This document shows positions 55,101-64,000 of a stretch of 64,000 nt of DNA, one piece after another. The stretch is from positions 8,122,001-8,186,000 of the forward strand of contig CM022665.1 in NCBI GenBank assembly GCA_012295275.1. Direction: 5' to 3'. The position numbers were made by a program, and so were the translations under genes. The notes under the pieces are model-generated. The model saw nothing but the letters and a program-made list of their open reading frames with translations. It had not been told where the DNA came from and made no database searches. This DNA comes from Chrysomallon squamiferum (taxonomy: Eukaryota; Animalia; Mollusca). Positions within the stretch are counted from its first letter, which is position 1, and every line of letters starts with the position of its first letter.

Positions 55101-58100
55101 TCATTATGATAAAAGAACAAAATATTCTGCATTACAAATTTGAAATAGCTATATAATTTTTTATTTCTTAACTATTTTCAGGCAAAAAATAAAAATGAAG
55201 CAATGAATGAAATTTCTGCTTCTGTTCTGGAAACAAGCACTTTGTTAGAAAATGTCAAAGATGAACACATTGAAAGTTTAATAGCATTCAAAGAAAGTAT
55301 AAACCTTATTCAGTGGCTGAAAGATTCCATGAAAGGTTGGTGAAATATTTTACAGTTTTCTCATGACTGGATTATATAACTTTATTTAAATATTTCAGTA
55401 ACATGTATTTGTCAGATTCAGAAACTCAAACGCTTACATATATGTATATGTGTAATATTTGCTTTTGTTTTTATGACTATGCAGATTCACATATTGAAAA
55501 TAAAACAAATTAATTTTCGCTAATGACCTTTCTTCTTTAAGTTTTAACATCCTTCAACTTCACAACTTTAATAGCATATATATTAATCGGACATATTTTC
55601 ATTAAACTAGTAGAAGTTTTAATAACAACTGGCAACAGGAATGACTATTATAAAGATTGTAATGTTTATTTATTTTGATAACTTAGATGGTTTGAAAGAA
55701 CTGAAAGTTTTTGTTGATCTGGCATATATCTCAGCTGGTGAGGGGGATATAGAGATTCATAAAGTGAACTGCCTTCATGCTGCTGTCATAGGATATGCTC
55801 CACTGATTTTTGACAATAATGAGAAATGTGACTGCATCACATTTTTGAAAAAATGTAAATCAGTTTGGAGAGAACTACAAACAAACCCACATTTGCCTGA
55901 ACAGTTGGTAAGGTGTTAAAAAATTAATTTTATTGTTCTGATTACAGAAAATCATAATATACAAGTTAGATTCTGTCATTAAATAATATTTTAAAGGAAA
56001 CAATAATGATTAATAATAGTAATAATAAAAACTGTTATTATTGTTATTTTCATTGTTGCTTGTTTTGCATAGCAACTTGAATATTTAGTGAAAGAATTAT
56101 TTTGAGCATTCTTGCTTTGTAATATTTAAAATAACTTAAATTTTATATTTAAAAAAAAATTAAATCAGAAAACCAATTCCTCACCCAAAAAAAAAAAAAA
56201 GAAAAAAAAAAAAAAAAAGTAAAATAAAATAAAAAAATATTAATAATAAAATGAAAACAAAAATAAAGTTATCTTATTGGGCAGAATTCCCTACACAAGG
56301 AAATGTTATGTATTCACTGACATATCATTGGCAGTTTAGAAAAGACATTCACATCAAAAATATTATTATGCACAATGTTTTCCATAGAAATGATTCATGA
56401 ATAAAATGTACTAGAGCAGGCCTCTGAATATTACAAAAGTCCAATTTTGTATAACCAGTGTTTTGTACTTGCCAGAAATAATTATTTGGAAGATAAAATT
56501 TATGTTTATTCAGAATGTGATCTGATCATTAGATAACAGTCATTTTTGTTGAAATAATGTTCTGCTTTTTTTTCCCACTTTTTACCTGAAATAAGTCTGT
56601 TTTGACATTTCAAAAATTATATTTTCATGGTTAAGCTATTGTCTTGCAGCGAGCCACAGCACAACATTTGGAATGGTTAAAGGAAATAAGTCAGTCTCAT
56701 GGGTCTGTTGAGGTAACGTCTTTGTCACAAGCAGTGCTCATCAACTCCAAGGGTATATATCGTGTTGGAATTTTTTCCGAACAAATAACACCACTCAACC
56801 TGGTAAAGTATAAATTTATATTGATGAAAGTAATAAAATAATTTCCATAGAACAAAAATTATCAGTTATGTGGCAGCCTGTTAGTTTGTTTTGTTAATTA
56901 TGTTGCAAATATCATTTTTAGTGTTGCATAAACTCCAGTCTACGGCTGTAAAACCAACATTTGTGTTTGAAAGTAATCAAACATAAATAGTTATGTTCTA
57001 ATTACTGTTAACATTTGGATATCTGGAAAAATGAAAATATTTGAACTTACTGCCATTTCCCAGATACAGATGGCAACTCATAACGTGCCGGGTAGATGGC
57101 AGTTGGCTTGTTGTAAATATTTTTAAGTGGAACAGCAGCACGCAGTGTTTACTCCAAATCATCTCCATTTTTTCATTATTATAATTACTAAACTACTTTT
57201 TGTGACTAACAATAGCACCAAAAGGAAGAATTGAGAAAAAAAAAAGGTGTATCTTAGTGTTGGTCAGAAGTGATATAACTTCTTAAATCAGGTGTACTGT
57301 TCTTACATTATTATATAATTGTATTATACACCTGTTATATGTCCTGAAGTTTAATTTGTCATTAAATTTAAGGTAAATGTTGATATTCACAATTTCCTAA
57401 ATTCTTCATTTCCGGACCAGTGTTCCTCCCTGTTAGTCTATGAAATCAAGAGTCAGAGCATATATCTTTTCTCACTTTTATATCAACATGTAAACATATA
57501 AACATCTAGCATGTATTTGCAAGTAACAGAACATTATTTAGATTAAATATGTAATGGAGAAAGATATGAGGGGGAATAACTCTCTCTGTGTGTGTTTGTG
57601 TGTGTGTGTGTGTGTTTAAATTTAAAAACAAATCATAACTGAAAATTTTTGTCTATACTTTAAGGATTTAAACTGTGTTATCACTCTGTATGTGACACCA
57701 GATGACAGAAAAGAAAGGAAATATTCATATAACCAATTGGTTGATCTTCAGAGTAGACTAATGCTTGTAGCAGGAAGAGCTGAAAAGGGAAAAGAAGAAG
57801 TTGAACAGTTCATGATGGTTAGGAGGAAATTTCTATATTCTTTATTTTTTATCATTCTTAAATTTATTAAATGTTTTCATTTTCTCTTTTTAAACTATTT
57901 CCTGTTCTCATTTAACAGAATTTTGTTTCTTGTTTTTTCTTTTAAATATATTTATATAATTAAATTTTATTACAGTATGTTTTTATTTGTTGTGGTTGTA
58001 GTTGGAGTAATTACTTACCTTAGTAAAGGTGCTTTGCATCCTGAGATGCTTAATATTTATATTATATACTTGTTTAGACAACATTTAGTTACATATTTTT

Positions 58101-61100
58101 TATATTTTATTATGTTTAAAGATTTAAAACTATTTTTTGCTTTAGGATTTCTTTCTGTCATCTATAGCCTTATGTATTTCAGATTCTAGACAGCATTGTT
58201 CGTCTTGCTAAGACTTATATTAAGTTGGTCACAGATGGTTGTGTCCTGTTCAGTTGCTGGAATGCTGAGTTTTTCTGTGATAAAACACGTTATGTTTCTG
58301 TCATTTTGAAATTTGGTACACAGGGTGAACAACTGAGAAGTCATCGTCAGAATGATCAGCTTGCAAATATTATTACTCATTTGGCAAATAAATTTGAAGA
58401 GATTCACCTCGAATGGATACAGTATTTAAATAAAAAACATTTTCAGTATTTAGAACTGAATTTCTTTACTGTCAACCAGTTAGTGTTTCTGCAACAAGAA
58501 ATTGTCAAGATTGGAACTGGCTCAGAACCATCAAACCTGATGTATGCACTACTGTCACTAATTAAGCCAAAATGTTCAAAAGAAGATATTCTGCAAGCAG
58601 TCAAGATAGCAAAAAATGAGATCTTCCATGTACAAAAGACAGATATATCAGAACTTGACCATATGGAAGATACCATGCCAGAGATTCAAGAAAAAAAACT
58701 GCAGTTTATACAGGCAATAGTGAAAGGTGGATTTACACAAAAACTGGCAGAAATTGCCTATGAAAATGTTGAAAATGCTGATGTAGATGATGGTTAGTTC
58801 CTGAAAATTTACATTAATTTGCTATCATCAGATGGTGTTACTTTATGTTATTGTTTAAATCCAAAACAGAGATTTTTTTGAATTTGAAATGTTTATCTTT
58901 ACATATTTTAGAATTTTAAAAGTTTGTTTGTTTTTATTTTTTTATATTTTATTATTATTTTTTTATTTATACAGCTGTTGTTGAGTGGGAACTATTGAGA
59001 AATGTAACAAAAGCCTGGAAATGATTTTGAGAAGGTTGCTTGTCATAATGGCCTATTTTTTTTTTTTCACAAATGAAAATGTACCTGCCACCACATTTAG
59101 ATGGCATTTGTGAATAGTGAATTCAATAATTAGAAGACTTATGGCATTAATTAATGTTTATTATTGATTATTATTACATATTACATTAATATATGATATC
59201 AGTTTTAAATACTATTTAATAACATTGTGAAGAAAAAACAACATTCTCACTGAAAGTGTTTGCACTTATTTATAAATTATTTAGCAAGGATTGTTTTTAT
59301 TTTTATACTGATAACAGGTTTAGTGTGGTGTTTGGAACATAGTGAAGATGAAGAAATTCAGTCTTCTGCTGTGGATTCATCTAACATGATCTCAGATCCA
59401 CAAGAAGAACGTTTTTCTGGATGGACATCAGATGAATGTTCAATTTCATTGAAAGCTGCATCATTTGTACAGAATCTTCCAGACAGGTTCATGTAAACAA
59501 GATGGTTATTAAAAACACAACAATTAAAAAAACAAATATGGATTTTATCTTATCCTTCAGCAGTATTTAAATACATATGAATAATTAAAATGTGTTCCAG
59601 GAAGGAAAAAGGTTCTTGTTATGGAATTGATAAACTTTATTTTATATCCATTTTTAATATATATTTTATTAAATTGATTTGAATTGTCAGTTGATAATAA
59701 TAATAATAATAAATAAAAAGGAGAAGAAATTAATAATCCATGTAAAGTAATCTTGAATTATAAACAGAAAGTGCTATAAGTTGTCTAAAAGGATACAGCT
59801 TTAAGTTTTCAGTTTTCATCCTCTTCTAATATTTTTTGTTTAGTAATATCCACCCAGAAAAGAAACGTCTATATACATTAAAATATCTCTTGTTTTTCTG
59901 AATTCCCACTATTAAGATATGGATTTTAGAAATTTCTTTAATACATATATTAATGTTTTTCTTCATTGTGTTTTTCATTTCATTTCCAGAAATGATACTT
60001 CAAAATTATCGCTCATAAGAAATATTACAAAAATCTGGGAAGATTTCCTAGGGTCAGCTTCCTCAAGTTTTAGTGACTGTCTCAGTATTGAACATCTTGG
60101 ATGTGTTTTGCAGAAACTGGCCCTTTCTTGTGAGTATTTCTTATGTAAATTAATAATGATATACTATTCAGTAGAACTGGTTTGCTGATGTTAAAAACCA
60201 AATTAAATAATTTATCTGGGGGAAAAAAAATGTTTTCAAACGGCTAAATTTAAAGAATATACTTATAAATTCATTGTTTCCCCCATAAACAATTAGACTT
60301 ATGTAATATTTATCTACATTTTGTATGAGTTTGAGTAACATATATTTTCTGTTTCTTTCACAAAGATTAATATTACTGTTTTCAAATTAAAAAATTTATA
60401 CATAATATATTCATTTTTTTTTTGGTTAAATATAGAACTGTATTTTCATTTTTTTAATACTGCATATAAGACTGCTAACACATTTTTCATTCATACTCTT
60501 CACACATTCAGATGTCTCTACTCTATAAACTATCAGGCAGATCATATTTATAGCTTCTGCATATTTATTAGAACTGTATTACATGACTTTTTTAAAAATC
60601 ACTAGCTAAACAGAAATTGTCTTTCTGAAAATAACAATAAAGTAATGAATATTCTGTACATCGTACATGTTAGTTTTGAATATTTAGTCCACATTATATG
60701 GTTCTTGAATATGATATAGGTTCAGACATTTCACAACATATTATTAATAAAGAAAATACTGCTAATAAAAGTAACACCAAGAATTAACATTTAAAAAATA
60801 TGAAAAAAATAATTCTTTTATTCAACAATTTCAAACCAAATTTATTAAAACGTAGTGTTATATGCTTTAATGCTTTGAAACCAACTCTTAACATTTTTTG
60901 ACTTTGAGTTAACAGCACAATTATTCTTTAAAACAGGTGACCAAGCACTGGATCGGAAACTTCCCATACAGCTAAAACCAGAGATCCCAAACCTTTTGGT
61001 CTGCCCCAAAAGTAACTATAATTTTGTTGATTTTATTAATTTTGTTTCTGATTGGGTGGAGAAATAATTTATTTATACTGTGTGTTTATTATTATATTTT

Positions 61101-63609
61101 TGCTTTGTGATATAAATGTTAATTCTAAGTTGTTGAAGGTTATGTCATTAAATAGCTTTAGCTAACAGCCCACATAGTGAATAAGTAGTGATTCTAAATA
61201 CATTTTTTCTAAAATCTATTTATATTTGACTTTCTTAAATAAATTACAGATTATGTGAATTTTATATATTCCTTCTTAGTGGTTTCTTCAGTCTGTATTA
61301 AGAGTTGTTTGAATACTATGTTAAACTAAGATACGTGGTTTGGAATATGGAAGTCTTTTTAATTCGTAGATGTTGATATTTATTCCTTTTCCTGGTTGCT
61401 ATATTTCTTTTGTTGTAATTAATTATATAGATTTTAAATTAGTGAAGAGATAGAAAATGCTTAGGAAACTTCTAAATATTTTAGTATTTTCTTATAACTT
61501 TATGTAATTTACCGTCATATTATAACATTTAATTTATATGTTCTTTTGGGGATTTTTCAGATGATATACTTAATGCTGTTCTTCATATCTACAAGGAAGA
61601 TCCTAGTGAGCCTTTACCCAGACCTGATGAAGTTTTGTTATGTACATCAGAAACAACATTTGATGAGGTTATGATTTTAATTTTGGTTATTACTGTTATT
61701 AAAAACCAAACCTTTTCAAAATGCTCTATATTTTTCATATTGTTGGTGAGGATATTTTACTTTAAATTGTTTATTTAATTTAGGTTGACATTTTCCTCCG
61801 ACGAGCATTTTTCAACTGTCTGGGCAAAATTCATTGTTTGGCATATGCTGACCTGTTGCCATATGAAATTGAAGAACAAATAGAAAGAAAGTTAAATGAT
61901 TACACTGCTAAAGTTATTGGTAAGAATGATTTTAAGAATATGTATTGAAAGTTCAACATTTCAGATATATTTCTTTTAAGTCATCTTATTTTTTATATAA
62001 GTGATCATGTGATGTAAACAAAATAATCTCTTTGTACCATTAAATTTTCTGGTACTTTCTATTTAAGGTAACATTTGAAATTTTTCAAATTTTGTTTTTC
62101 TACCTATCCTCTGACAGTTTTGATACGTTTTACCTGGATTATGTCAGCAGATAACACTGTATAATGTGTAATTTATTAATTATACATTATAGGGATAACT
62201 TATGAAAATAAAAAAATAACATAACCAAGATCTTGAATGATTGTTAGTGCAGTTGTTTTACTGTAGAACTTTCTCTGCAATAAACATAATTATTATTGCT
62301 AATAATATGTTGAATTAAATAATTTCATTTAATAATTTTACTACTGATGACAAGATTAAAATCCATGAAAAATTCTTGTTATTGGAGTTCATTCTGAAAT
62401 AAAATAAATACAAAAATAATCATAATAATAAAAAATAAAAATAATAATTAATGAATTTTATGAAATGTCTTAAATGCAGAAAAATGAAAAATGTATTAAT
62501 TCAGCTGAAAATAATGTCTGTTGTTTAATAGTACTGTAATTTATAAATCAGGTATTAATGATAAAATATTTTAAAATAATGACTGAGGTTAGATAAATTT
62601 TAATGAATAATTATCCTTTATGGAAATTATTTATTATAATGGATACTACATGTTTAAATTTAATTTTAGTAATATTTACTGTACTGTAATATGACCAAAA
62701 AAAAAATTTCAAATTTATTTTACTATGAGTTTCTATTATTTACTTTGGATATCTTAAAATACAGTTTCAGTTTAAACATGCCTTTCTTTTATTAATCTTT
62801 ATACCTGTTAACGGAATTGAAGAAAGCATAAATTTACATGATTTTAATTTAGATCTAAGATTAATTTTAATAGATTTTATATCTTATTATCAATTGTTAT
62901 TTTTTAATTTTAGATAAAGGCTGTATCTACAAACTTGTTATTCTTTGTTCATCGGAGAATGAGTTCCGAGCCCGCCTAGTAGCAGCTTTGGAAAGTTATA
63001 GATGTCAGTTTCCAGTTATCAGAAGAACCCATATCAAAGACTATCTGAGAGAGAAATTCAAAAGCATCAAAATGCAGAAAAAAATCAAATCAGCTTCTCA
63101 TGTTGATTTTGGACAGTAAGTGAATATATTTATGATATTTTTATTATTATTATTTTTTTGAAAGATCATGATTCACCTTATCAAATAAAAGGAATAATCA
63201 AATGCAGCAGAAAAAATTTATATAGAAGATTAAATACATTTTCCCTGTAATTCTGTTACTGACACTTGGTTATTAAGAGCCCAGATATATGGAAAACATT
63301 TACTGAAACATATTGTTTTGAAGTAAAATTGCAATAAAATTGAAGTGTTATGTTACTCATAATTGTAGGTCTACAGTACGTGTTGTAAGGTCCAAAAGAG
63401 CAGGTGTTGGCAAGACATTGTACAAGAATCGCAGAGTGCAAGATCTGAGGCAGCTGAACCATAAAGCACAATATAACAACCCTTCAGTATCTCTGTCTCT
63501 GTATGGAAAGCAGGCACAGATGACTGAAGTAGCAAACAAGTTATTGTCCTTTACTCTTAACCCAGGGAAAGTGTTTCCAAGGATTTTTCATTTTAACATA
63601 TCCTCTGAG
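36216..63609 (+). CDS. RNF213: RNF213/mysterin-like giant AAA+ ATPase E3 ubiquitin ligase, 5' part (~2,020 aa; continues beyond window; one apparent frameshift)
   Basis: Exons: 36216-36360, 38521-38790, 39531-39787, 40201-40238, 41381-41530, 41704-41896, 46185-46474, 47242-47501, 47732-48013, 48416-48614, 48809-48888, 49733-50003, 50600-50704, 51240-51359, 51801-51957, 53768-54076, 54400-54983, 55182-55335, 55687-55907, 56650-56802, 57665-57817, 58183-58792, 59318-59486, 59990-60129, 60937-61011, 61561-61667, 61784-61919, 62914-63115, 63369-63609. RNF213-family motifs: VVFHAL..W...YKYV..WHQYD (CBM20-like), WLYCVPLLHFL, ELKVFVDLAYISAGEGD, LNFFTVNQLVFL, PLPRPDEVLLCT, and Walker A SKRAGVGKT. May be one of several paralogues. 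Confidence 0.92.
39356..39455. repeat. Poly(A) run plus (AAT)n microsatellite
   Basis: About 38 A followed by about 14 AAT units. Confidence 0.9.
40112..40149. repeat. (GT)n microsatellite
   Basis: About 19 GT units. Confidence 0.95.
42021..45907. mobile_element. ~3.9-kb degraded TIR DNA transposon filling most of an RNF213-like intron
   Basis: GGGCAATTCCACAATAACCA at 42021 and TGGTATTTTTGTGGAATTGCCA ending at 45907 share the inverted core GGCAATTCCACAA. Both ends are flanked by T-runs. No intact ORF inside. Confidence 0.5.
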
Positions 63610-63814
63610 GTATGCACTATTGTATTATTTAAATATGGTAAACATTTATGAAAATGTAACTATCCATTTACTATAAATCAGTAATGTTACTTTCTTAATG
63701 TGTAGATACTAATTTTTCAGTAATTATGTTATTAATGCCCAGATTAAAAAAACAAATTGATAACATTATATATATATTTATTTACAGTCTTTCAGGATGT
63801 ATGATTATTTATAT

Positions 63815-64000
63815 CTACTTGCCCCTACCCAAAAACAACACTTCCTCTGCTTTCTGCATGCCTTCCAGGTGCAGTGAATTTCCCTTGTGTGACAAGTGCA
63901 CCGCATCAGTCCTGAACAACTCGACATCTCCCACTCTCACTGCAGGATGCCCAATACCTGCTCCTCCATCTGCCAGTAGAGGCAAGGCAGCATGTTTCAC
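63815..64000 (-). mobile_element. Fragment of SGNH-hydrolase-like ORF, probably from an Ngaro/DIRS-type retroelement
   Basis: Abrupt rise in GC at about 63815. The minus frame IGHPAVRVGDVELFRTDAVHLSHKGNSLHL contains a D-x-V-H-L (SGNH block V-like) motif. It sits inside an RNF213-like intron. Confidence 0.5.

Noticed and set aside
63788-63877. Next RNF213-like exon after TTTACAG
   Set aside because: The translation does not resemble the expected continuation and stops within the GC-rich insertion.
1-64000. CRISPR arrays, rRNA/tRNA genes, prokaryotic operons or defence systems
   Set aside because: The DNA is clearly eukaryotic with spliceosomal introns. I saw no regularly spaced repeat-spacer arrays or structured RNA genes.

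Overview
AT-rich eukaryotic genomic DNA with intron-rich genes. It looks like an invertebrate, probably a mollusc (inferred from gene content and repeat style). I reconstructed five protein-coding genes by hand from splice sites and reading frames. (1) CEP97, minus strand: 9 coding exons found, including an AT-AC minor (U12) intron; the 3' part was not located. (2) RPL24, plus strand, complete, head-to-head with CEP97 across about 430 bp. (3) An unrecognised 776-aa protein encoded by a single coding exon. (4) A secreted coiled-coil protein with a C-terminal H-type lectin domain, minus strand, about 415 aa. (5) The 5' part (~2,020 codons, 29 exons) of a giant RNF213/mysterin-like AAA+ E3 ligase that runs off the right end. 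The lectin and RNF213-like genes diverge from an intergenic region carrying clustered STAT (GAS) and IRF (ISRE) motifs, which suggests an interferon-like immune locus. The RNF213-like protein has a double zinc ribbon, a UBA-like insertion and a 1-nt frameshift in an A7 run. The window also holds several TIR transposon derivatives, an ~850-bp palindrome and a fragment resembling an Ngaro/DIRS SGNH ORF. All homology calls come from recognising motifs, not from database searches.
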